NCBI GenBank assembly: GCA_965233585.1
Contig: CBDDTI010000543.1
Span: forward strand, 1 to 10,673
Length of the DNA stretch: 10,673 bases
Reading direction: 5' to 3'
DNA from: a bacterium
GTDB taxonomy: Bacteria; SAR324; NAC60-12
Position 1 is the stretch's first letter. Every line of letters begins with the position of its first letter. Both the position numbers and the translations under genes were made by a program. Under the pieces are notes generated by a model. It was not told the origin of the DNA and did not search any database. It saw only the letters and a list, made by a program, of their open reading frames with translations. This document shows, one piece after another, positions 1-8,950 of the stretch.

Positions 1-1197
1 AATAGCCTATTGTCTTTCTCGTCTCCTGATTGGCTACGGCCCCTATAAGCCAGGCATAGTAGTTTTTTTACCACAATATCAGCGTCAAAAACTAGTGAGA
101 CAATCTCAGATAGTACAGAGTGTTATGCAGGACTATTCAGTACGATTTGAGTCATCTGCTGCCAGTATGTAACTTGTTAGTTCAAGGCCCAAAAACAACG
201 TATGATTCAATACTGTTTGGCAAGACGGTCAGGGTTACTGTGGTGATTTACGTTGAATTTCGTTCATTTTAAATTCATTAATACTTTAAGCTAGCAAACG
301 TGATAATTTTATTTTTTCAACGCCATTATTTGTCATTTGATACTTTTGTTTTCCTCGCAAAGTTTGTAACATGATACCCTTGTTTTCTTAAAAAACATCC
401 AAAGGAAGCTTTCTGAGATGTGCTCGCTTTTTCCTGCTGGAGAGTAATGAAATAATGTTATTACTTATGAAAGAGGAGGAAGAAGAATGATTTTGTTTCA
501 TTCAAGTCCATCGATAAACAATTGCTAATATACTTTTCAAATAGTCTCGTCGTGTCTCCGAATAGCACGTTCTTATTAGGTTGCCACCGTTAGTGTTAAC
601 AGCAAACCTGTTTAAAATAAACGATGACATCGATTAATACAACCGAGAAGCCTTTCAACTTGACCAATATTATATCCTACATCGGTAAATGGGTCGCCTC
701 AAAGACTGACTAAATTTATTTGCGGTTTCCGTAAATGCCACAGTGTCTGCAGCAATATTTGGGAAGTTTCTTTTGTAACCACATTACTAATTTTAATGCC
801 GCTAACTCGAAAATGTTTCGGGAGAATACATTTGTGAACTTCTTGTTCTTTTCCGTAGGAGAGAAAATAAACAAGCAATTGAGGAAATCCATTCGTTTCC
901 CTCTTTAAAGCTTAGCAAACACGAAATAGTTTGAAAACTGCACACGACAATTTTTTAACCGGGTTAGGGGTGATTCAAGAAAGTTACGCTGTCACAAAAG
1001 CGTTCTTTGCACTAAAAGGGAGAAATATAACTGCTATCGCCCGTTAAGTATCGCAAGCATGAATCTGAACTCGAGAACAGATTGTATCATGCTGGCAATG
1101 CTAGAGCGCATGCGTCTTACATATTGTGTTCTACCACAAGGAAAAGCACTTTGTAATTGTGTATAAAATGTATTGTTTACCTAACATATAGTTTACT

Positions 1198-1783
1198 GAC
1201 AGGGCTGAAAAACGACTGCGCATGTCATCAATTCGCGCGGGAAAACTGGGGATGACAAGGTGAAACCATAGCAACATGTAAGTGAAATGGCGGAATTTTT
1301 GAAAAAATGAAAAGCGCCGAAGGTTTTTGCTTCGGATAAGACTTGGGTAGACCGGATAAGCTTCAAACTTTCGCAAAAGACCGACCGATAACAGTGTTAA
1401 AACATATCTCCTGAACACCACAGCTTCATGCCTGAACACAAACCGAAATTTTACCGTGAAGTCAAGAGTCCGTGCCGCGAAAATGAAGCTCGTGACGCAA
1501 CTATGCACAATAAAGGGTCAATAAAATAAACAAAATCCCTTGCTTTTCGAAAGTTTCAGCGATAAGGACCACTAAACGCAATCCCACGAAGATAAATAAA
1601 GCGTTTTGGAAAGTAAAAACTCTCAAAGTCATGTAAAAAATCGACAAAATAACGTCACCCTTCTGTGACTGATTTTACATTAGGAATTTGCTGCTTGAGT
1701 CGAGATTTTCCCGCCGATACCCGCCGACTGACCACCGGACTGGGTCGAAAGTGACGCATGCGCAGTCGTTTTTCAGCTCTGTC
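1198..1783. mobile_element. Non-autonomous TIR DNA element (MITE), ~586 bp, with an 8-bp flanking direct repeat (hAT-like TSD length)
   Basis: 27-bp inverted repeats GACAG[G/A]GCTGAAAAACGACTGCGCATG at 1198-1224 and 1757-1783 (26/27 match). TAGTTTAC flanks both sides (1189-1196, 1784-1791). One extra T at 1197 leaves the left boundary uncertain by 1-2 bp. Confidence 0.85.
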
Positions 1784-2114
1784 TAGTTTACTCTAATGCT
1801 AATCAATCTGCGCATGCGCTTTGCGCAAATTGCTTTTGTTCGTAAGAAAATAGTACCACTAGGATAACAAGATAATACCGTAACCATATATCATTTTGTG
1901 ATGTTATATGAGAAATGAGGTAAGTGTGGTTCGTTTTACGTAGCAACCAAAGGTACTAACCCCACCCCCTCAAAGCAAGGCTAACTAATTACTAAATAGG
2001 AATTTATTAATTAAACAAACATTAAAGTTTACATCTTATTGCCATAACGCCATAGTGCTATAGTGCTTTAGCGGCGTCAACCCACTAACCATCCCAATAG
2101 TGCACTCTGCACTA

Positions 2115-2195
2115 AAAATGTTTCTCTTTAGAGCGCGAGCTGAAAAAGGCATTGCGTGACACATTGACGCGAGCAGCGTGCTATGGACTCTAAAA
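2115..2195. repeat. Fragment of an interspersed repeat
   Basis: GAGCGCGAGCTGAAAAAGGCATTGCGTGACACATTGACGCGAGCAGCGT resembles a high-copy coral repeat I recall. Nothing within the window proves it. Confidence 0.4.
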
Positions 2196-2233
2196 GACTT
2201 CTGTTGTTCCAATGTCTCAATGTTACGTTATAA

Positions 2234-2406
2234 AACAAATGGTAAACGCCATAGCGTCTACTATTGAGTTATGGATGCACTTGGGAGGTTTGCTTAACAC
2301 TAGAGAAGCTATCGCCTCGTGCGACTCTTACGCTTCTTTCGTGCTTAGCTACCTTCCGCGTGCAGCCATAACTCAATAGCACACGCTACGGCGTTTACCA
2401 TTTGTT
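2234..2406. mobile_element. Short foldback element/MITE (173 bp)
   Basis: Left arm AACAAATGGTAAACGCCATAGCGTCTACTATTGAGTTATGGATGCAC pairs with the reverse complement of the right end (43/47), and weaker pairing continues to about 65 bp. Confidence 0.85.
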
Positions 2407-2419
2407 AATGTTACGATAA

Positions 2420-2550
<131 letters not shown>

Positions 2551-2846
2551 CCAATTGCTAGGGTCGAACTCAATCGTGGTTAACACTTGTTAGATAATCA
2601 CAAGCCAAATGCAAAGTGGCTTGAAATAATTGCAACGCGTACCGCCCCGCAACATCAGTACAACAAACCTTATTTTGTAGATATGAAGTTTGGTTTTATT
2701 CAAAATGAACGATCTGACAGTGGATTTTCCTATCCTGGGGATCTTAATGATCTTCAACCACTTAAGTTACCAGCTTGTTCCAGAAAACACAGAAGGAATG
2801 TCAACACTCGCAAATGATGAACAAGAATGGACACAGGATGTATGGG

Positions 2847-3155
<309 letters not shown>

Positions 3156-3209
3156 AAACGCTTATTGACTTTTTGAGGTCGGGCTTGCCGGAAATTCAGA
3201 TAGTTTTGA

Positions 3210-3289
3210 CGTCTATAATATGGACGCTACCATGATATGGACCCTCTGCACTTCGCCTTTGGTGTTCTTATTACGAGGGGTTGGCTGTA
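3210..3289 (-). repeat. Possible solo terminus of a TA-flanked Tc1/mariner-type MITE
   Basis: Minus strand begins TA-CAGCCAACCCCTCGTAATAAGAACACC with two GTCCATAT subrepeats. I found no partner TIR. Confidence 0.3.
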
Positions 3290-3540
3290 AAAATCTCTAG
3301 CCTTCCAAACTCTCACCATAAACATAGTTTTGAAGCGAATTTATTTAGCAAAATACAATTTGCTCCCATATTAGAAAACAAGGAGCGGTACAATTCTTTT
3401 CTCAATTCTTTTTACAGGATGGTGCATTAAATTAGTTCTTAAAGCGTTAACACTATAAAATAAAATTATTCTCTATAACAAATTCTAAAATGCATTCTTA
3501 TGAAACTTTAAATTACCGCTGCTGCGCACAGGCCTGCCAA

Positions 3541-3562
3541 CCCCCCCCCCCCCCCCCCCCCC
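3541..3562. repeat. Poly-C tract (C22)
   Basis: 22 consecutive C, i.e. G22 on the TTBK sense strand. Confidence 0.95.
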
Positions 3563-3714
3563 GACCTAGGTAAGCTTAATCATTCAGCGAGGGTTTTATA
3601 AGTTAAACAATTCTTCCGTTTCCAACAATTTTCATGGTAATTCTTTAAATTTTGAATAACATCTTTAAGTTATGCCTATGCTATTAAAAATACTAAGAAT
3701 TAAATCAAAAAGTA

Positions 3715-4119
3715 CTTATTACAGGAAATGTTTCACGATATATTTAAATCGCGAAAATTCGAGGACAAGTAAAATCGCGAAGCATGCGCCAAAGTTAATT
3801 GCCAACGCATGCGAAGTAAAAACAATCTGTTTTAATCTCTGACACCGAGTCGATGAGCACTTGCGAAAATAATTATTCTGTTGAGACATTTTATTTCCGC
3901 TCAGTAATTGTCTTTACACTGGGCTCTTGGAATGCCAAACAACTTTGTTTTTCCACTCGCGTTTCTTGTTTAGAATCCTTTAGCTGTATCACAAAAAAAA
4001 CAAACTAAAGGAAATTGGTTTCGAAAACTTAAGGAAAACGAAAAACATTCGGTGTCGCGAAACATCGCATTTTATCAAAATCGCGAATTTAAATTGTCGC
4101 GAAAATTTCCTCCAATAAG
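3715..4119. mobile_element. Diverged MITE (~405 bp) with TCGCGA-rich termini
   Basis: Left end CTTATTACAGGAAATGTTTCACGATATATTTAAATCGCGA aligns with the reverse complement of the right end, CTTATTGGAGGAAATTTTCGCGACAATTTAAATTCGCGA. Several TCGCGA copies cluster near both ends. The TSD is not clear. Confidence 0.75.
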
Positions 4120-4479
4120 GCGTGTAAGGCGCATGAACGCTTTGCCTGGTTTGACAGAATTTGTCTCACGACAATCCAGAAGCCGTGGAGAAATGAAAAT
4201 TAAATTTTACCTGAATATTTTACTGTTATCCTTTGGGTCATCATTACTTAGCTCAAGAGTCAAGAAATTCAGTTTTTTTAAATAACGTGCTAATTAAATA
4301 AATATTAATTTGTGAATTCAAATTTCCTTGCAGCACAAATAACTGCACAAAGATTTCTTTTAACCGTTTTAAAATTAAATCCGTCGGTAAAATCTACTCT
4401 AAATTCTGGAGTCATTAGCTTTTCTCCACACAAAAAAAAAAAAAGTGAGCAAAACAAAACAAAAACGTGTATTTTAGCT

Positions 4480-5215
4480 TAGCCTCATAGGCAGACATTC
4501 CTTGGGCTCGTCACGCAATATCTTCCTTCCCCACGAATGTCTGCTGAAACCAAGGGAACATTCTTTGCCCTTTGCTCGCGTCTCGATCACGGCTGCGGGC
4601 TTTGGACCCAGAGAAGTTCAATGGACATGAATACATGAAGAAAAATAATGAGCAGGTTCTTTCGCAGACATGTGTTTGTTTCTATCAAATCCTGGTTCAA
4701 ATGCTGGAAGCCTGCGGAAAGTATCCTTGGAGCTTGAGAAATAATCACAAAACGCCAAACCACTGGCGTGTGCTTTCATCGAGTGTGTGAAACAGTTACG
4801 ATAATCTATTTAAATCCCTATCGATAAACTATAGTTTATTTCGCCGTGTAAAGGACAAAGTGCTCGTAAATCTACGAACGCGGACCGGATTTAATAGTAA
4901 AACTTTTTACTTTGAAAGCGTTTACGCTGACGTGAGTCTGTTCAGTTAATCATTAGCTTTTTATTACACAAGAGCCGACGCCAGCTTCTTTCTTTTTTGT
5001 TGTAGAACTTAATTTATTTACTTATTTAAAACGACGCCGATTGGTCCTAATGTAATTCATGTGATCTCCAGCCGATCTTTGGGGACAAGTCCGCAGCCTT
5101 GATCAGGACGCGAGCAAACAAAGGGCAAGGAATGTTCCCTTGGCTTCAGCAGACATTCATGAGGAAAGAAGATTGCGTAACAAGCCCAAAGCATGTCTGC
5201 GTAGGGGGGTCGCTA
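4480..5215. mobile_element. Non-autonomous DNA transposon, 736 bp, with ~135-140-bp TIRs, TAGC...GCTA termini and a 9-bp TSD
   Basis: 4480-4614 aligns with the reverse complement of 5076-5215 (e.g. GAATGTCTGCTGAA[A/G]CCAAGGGAACATTC). ATTTTAGCT is duplicated exactly at 4471-4479 and 5216-5224. Confidence 0.92.
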
Positions 5216-5578
5216 ATTTTAGCTTTGATATCTGCCTTAAAAGAGTTAATAGCTAAAATAATTTAAAATTCAAATAACTTACTATAAGAACTTCATCTAA
5301 ATGATTTAAAGAGTTAAAATTGTTGGAAAATGCCTAAACCCCACAAATTAGAATTTTTCAGGTTAAGTCTATTGGCAAAGGAATAAAAAAGCGCCACAGG
5401 AAGACAACACAAACCTATCGAAAACTCTATCGAGCAGCGAGATACTTCTGTTTCTAGGTTAAGTTCTGTATTATTCCTAAAACAATTCATACCAAAAAAG
5501 GCTCAGTAACTACATGTTTCGGTTTTACCTATTTTCGTCTGGCTTGTTTAATTTCTAACATATTTTATCCATTGACGC

Positions 5579-5663
5579 TTAAATAAATTCCGGCTTGTCA
5601 CTGATAGCAACGAGAGGACGAATGAAATCCAGGCGCGACTTGGTAGGTTTGTATCTCCGCAGT
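5579..5663 (-). CDS. TTBK: TTBK-like terminal coding exon (absent from the ORF track)
   Basis: Acceptor TTTGTTTGGTCATTGCAG|A at 5664/5663 completes the phase-2 Arg codon. It gives (A)R-LRRYKPTKSRLDFIRPLVAISDKPEFI* with TAA at 5581-5579. ARLRRYK matches human TTBK2 as I recall it. Confidence 0.88.
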
Positions 5664-5892
5664 CTGCAATGACCAAACAAATGATCGACAGGTAAGTTAA
5701 CCATGTACTCAGCTCTTATGATTACTACGGGACTGCGATGCACAGTCTTGTGGAAATCCAGCGGTAGTCAGTCTTCTCTCGAGTATTATGTTGTTGTTGT
5801 TCTGTTGACTTTTTTTTCTATCAGCCATGAACAGCGCGGCTTAACCATAAGACAAGAAAATGTCCCTCAACGAGCGCACTTGCTGTCCCCTT

Positions 5893-5905
5893 CCCCCCCC
5901 CCCCC
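5893..5905. repeat. Poly-C tract (C13) in a C-rich stretch
   Basis: C13 followed by CCGCCACCCACCCACCCAC. Confidence 0.9.
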
Positions 5906-6354
5906 TCCGCCACCCACCCACCCACGGTGGCCAGTGAACATTTTCTAACAAGGAGAAAACATACGGTCAAACGAGCGAGGTCTGGTGAGAATCTCGTTTG
6001 GGTTTCCAATGATCTTCTTCTCTATATCCCCCAAGGGAACTATTCACAGGCTACGCTCGTGCAAGTAAAGAGGCTGAGATTCTGTCTCTTATTGGATGTT
6101 ACTTGCGTGCGGGAAACTAACAAACCAATCAGCTGAAGTAATGAATCGTACATTTCTAAACTGCTATGCCTCATGTGTGTAGTTTTGGGGCTCTTTCGCG
6201 AGAATGAAACAAGCATCCGACGAGAGACGCCGTTTTCTAATGGTTACAAGCTTATTTCCAACAAGCACAGTAATCAGTGAAAAAAGTTGATCATTCAGGG
6301 CCAGTATCACATGCTACAAACACACGGGAACCGTGAAATAGAAATAACTTTTTT

Positions 6355-6722
6355 GATAAATGTTTGGGTGCCGGAAGTAGGCAATACCGCCGACACATCA
6401 AATCCCCCTGGCTTTTCACCCTATTATAGGAAATTTGGAATCGGGTTTGAGCCTACGACCTCCAGATTAGATCAACCGATGCTCTACCGACTGAGCTACG
6501 AAGTCAGTACAGGAGCAGATAGTGGTAATTTAGGTAGTAAGTCGCGGTAAATTTACAAATGATGTAGATATAGTATGGGAACCGCGTAGCACCCATGAAA
6601 TAGAAATAATCGTAAGATAAATGTTTGGGTGCCGGAAGTAGGCAATACTGCCGATACACCCATTGAACCAGGGAATTTGGCGTAACGGAAGTATTGCCTA
6701 TTTCCGGCACCCAAACATTTAT
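6355..6722. repeat. Composite repeat: three copies of a 33-bp motif (two direct, one inverted)
   Basis: GATAAATGTTTGGGTGCCGGAAGTAGGCAATAC is identical at 6355-6387 and 6616-6648, each preceded by TGAAATAGAAATAA. An inverted copy lies at 6691-6722 (31/32). Confidence 0.92.
6437..6505 (-). mobile_element. tRNA-derived repeat head (SINE-like or tRNA pseudogene); not a functional tRNA
   Basis: Minus strand GACTTCGTAGCTCAGTCGGTAGAGCATCGG...GGAGGTCGTAGGCTCAAACCC has an A box TAGCTCAGTCGG (6498-6487), an intact D arm GCTC/GAGC and a degenerate B box GGCTCAAACCC (6453-6443). The acceptor stem does not pair. Confidence 0.8.
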
Positions 6723-6750
6723 TTAAAAAAAAGATATTCTCAAAACCTAC

Positions 6751-8726
6751 CTCGCTGAACTACATCCGCGTTCTGACCTGCCGGGGGGAGGCTTGGGTCT
6801 GAGCAAATCGTCACGATGATGAGATTCGTAATTGCCCGTTTCCAGTCCATGTAAGTCCAACCCATTTGAGAGGGCCCCGGGCTCATCTCGTGCCCAGTAA
6901 TCATCAGCATCGGCATCATCGGCCGAATTTATCGCAGTGTTTTGATCTTCTTCGTTAGTATAGAGATCATTAAAGCTCGGGATTCTGGGTTCGGCTGCTA
7001 CCAGGTGAGACAGCACAGCTTTAACAGAGCTTTTCTCTGGAGCCGCATTAAGTTCGGTTTCAAAATTTGCGTCAACTTTGATATCGTCCTCGCCTAACTT
7101 TCCACGCTCACCTTCAGAGTAGAAGTTATTGTCGAGTTTTTCTTCTCTAGAACTCAAAGGTTCGCTATATTCCTGCATTTCCTCGTGCTGTTCGCCGATA
7201 TAAAACTGCACATTGTTATCAGGATTGCCAAACATGTCTGAAATCCGAGGGATCTCGTTCAACCATGGCTCATTAATTTTCTCAGAGTCGCTTTTTTCGT
7301 TTTCCAACGACATTCTATCGACTCGCTCCTCATGAGAAACCACTTCATTTTCATTATCCCCATTTGTTGCGGAAGTAATTATTTTTTCATCCATCATCCC
7401 TTTATCTTTTTCCGATGAAAGCGAATTCTGTTGTTGTCCTTGCTCAGCAGGATCGTCTTGATCTATAGGAAACTCGCACTGATTTTCGTTGTCGGAGTTT
7501 TCGCCTTCTGAAGCCTCCGAAAACGATGAACCTTCTGCCGCTGGCGCAATTTCGGTGTCACCTAGAATACACCCTCCTTCACTGTCCCTGAAGTTAAAAT
7601 CCCGGCAAGTGGTGACAGCCATAGCAGAGCCAGGTACATGAAGGGCGTGGTGCGAGTGCGAGGACACCTCCTGTCTGTCAGAAGCAAACTCAGCAGAATC
7701 AAGCCTGTATTCATCAACTTGAGGAGGGTTCGCTGCATCATCTGCTGCTTCGTCGAGAGGTTCGTCCATCATCTGCTCCAGTACCGAGGGTACCCGGAAC
7801 AGACCTCTGCCTTCTCCAGCCTGGGCTGGCGGTTCGTCGACCATCTGCTCCAGTATGGACGGCACACGAAAGAAATTCCCTGGCTTCGGCGCCTCGGGCG
7901 ACTCTGCGGCAGACTTGCGATCCACTTTATGGCTGCTTACCTCATCATGACTTCTCTTATCGTCACTGATGTGTCTGACGGGCTCAGAGTCCAGCGGTAA
8001 ATCACGCACGTGCTTCTTCAAGTCGTCATGGTGATGGTGATGATCGTACATGGTGGACAAGTGATGGCAGCTTGCTATGGCTGCTACTTGTCTCTCCGTC
8101 CTTCCCACGTTAGCGAGCTCTTCCAGCTCCTCGTCGCATTCTGTTTCCACAACCGGAGGGGGCATGTATACAACTGGTTGGTCCTCCACCACCCCTGGGG
8201 ACCACGGAGAGGCAAATCTACTTTCCTCTACATCGTCTCTTCGTTCTAATGACGCGTCGAAATCCAGTTTTGCATCTGGCGAGGACAACTCTCTAATAGC
8301 AGTCAGGGGAGTGCCTGGCACATGAACAACCGGGGAGGGGGACTCCTGGGATATCCGCACCGTAGGGGGAGTTTGGTCCTTTCTAACTTCGGCTTCTATT
8401 AAAGCTGCCTGCTCTGTGTCCATCTTTACAGGATTTCCCGAGTTAAAATGCTCTACATTATCCAAGTCCATTCCAAGCTCCAGTGAATTTTGTGACCCTA
8501 CTGTAAATTTGATTTTTCCAACTGCATTGAGATCTCTGTTACTTTCATTTTGTCTACCGTTCACTTCAACTTGGCCAACCTGTTTGGTGTCAACCTCGTT
8601 GCAACCAGGTTCATCTAGAATTTTCTGTTTGTCCACTCCTCCAATCTGTGCCCTTTGCACATCTTGAACGATTGCTGAAATCAACGCTGGTGTCTCCAGC
8701 TTCCTTTCTCCATTCAAGGCCTTTTC
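6751..8726 (-). CDS. TTBK: TTBK-like large coding exon (1976 nt); acidic, probably disordered C-terminal tail
   Basis: Acceptor TTCCGTTTTCGCAG|GAA at 8727/8726 is in frame with the 656-aa ORF (EKALNGERK...). The ORF's stop TAG lies inside donor AG|GTAGGT at 6751/6750, so the exon ends in phase 2. It is rich in D/E/S/P and ends LRPKPPPGRSERGCSSA-R. Confidence 0.92.
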
Positions 8727-8801
8727 CTGCGAAAACGGAATAATTGCAGCTGGGTAAGACCAGATGGCAGCAAATCATAGACACATTGACTAAAACAATG
8801 T

Positions 8802-8950
8802 GGAAGGGATGTGACCTAATGGTTGGCGTCTTGAGTTCCAGATCGATCGCTCTGAGTTCGTGCCCGGCCGAAGTCCGTGCTTCGTGTGACTGCTGAGCAA
8901 GGCAATTTCCTACAACAGTCTACCTGTCCCCACCCCCACCCCTAGCCCAG
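8802..8950 (+). mobile_element. Decayed tRNA-derived SINE, antisense to TTBK
   Basis: A-box-like TGACCTAATGG (8812-8822) and B-box-like GAGTTCGTGCC (8854-8864) lie at tRNA spacing. They are followed by a TGAGCAAGGCAATT...CCCAGGAGTA body of the kind seen in invertebrate tRNA SINEs. Confidence 0.7.

Larger units (their letters stand above)
5664..6750 (-). other. Intron, 1087 nt, phase 2
   Basis: GTAGGT...CATTGCAG ends; splicing restores the SSARLRRYK motif. Confidence 0.85.

Noticed and set aside
2..172. Open plus-strand frame at the window start as the end of a neighbouring CDS
   Set aside because: The 56-aa translation is not recognisable, and a frame this short arises easily by chance.
1131..1508. 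125-aa ORF as a transposase fragment
   Set aside because: It has no recognisable motifs, has a non-ATG start and runs across the element's boundary.
4052..4790. Short plus-strand ORFs at 4052-4285 and 4572-4790
   Set aside because: Both have non-ATG starts inside TIRs and no similarity to transposases that I can recognise.
4412..4961. 12-bp direct repeat TCATTAGCTTTT at 4412 and 4950
   Set aside because: It is short and AT-rich, does not extend, and is expected by chance.
5965..6021. Possible extra exon RRRSLETQTRFSPDLARLT followed by GTATGT on the minus strand
   Set aside because: It is phase 0 and so incompatible with the phase-2 neighbours, and it has no pyrimidine tract. It sits near a TAGCCTG end (6053-6047) that may be a repeat remnant.
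6437..6505. Functional tRNA gene
   Set aside because: The acceptor stem does not pair, the T loop is mutated (GGCTCAA) and the anticodon arm is irregular.
6355..6722. 33-bp repeats as a CRISPR array
   Set aside because: There are only two direct copies, separated by 228 bp, plus one inverted copy. No cas genes are present and the context is a spliceosomal intron.
7638..8667. Plus-strand ORFs of 79-120 aa
   Set aside because: They are antisense shadows of the large coding exon.
6747..8717. 656-aa ORF as a stand-alone gene
   Set aside because: It starts at TTG just inside a splice acceptor and its stop is part of a splice donor. It is an internal TTBK exon.
6751..8726. EB1-binding SxIP motifs as in vertebrate TTBK2
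   Set aside because: I found no canonical SxIP in the translated exons. PRIP and FRVP lack the Ser/Thr and lie in acidic context.
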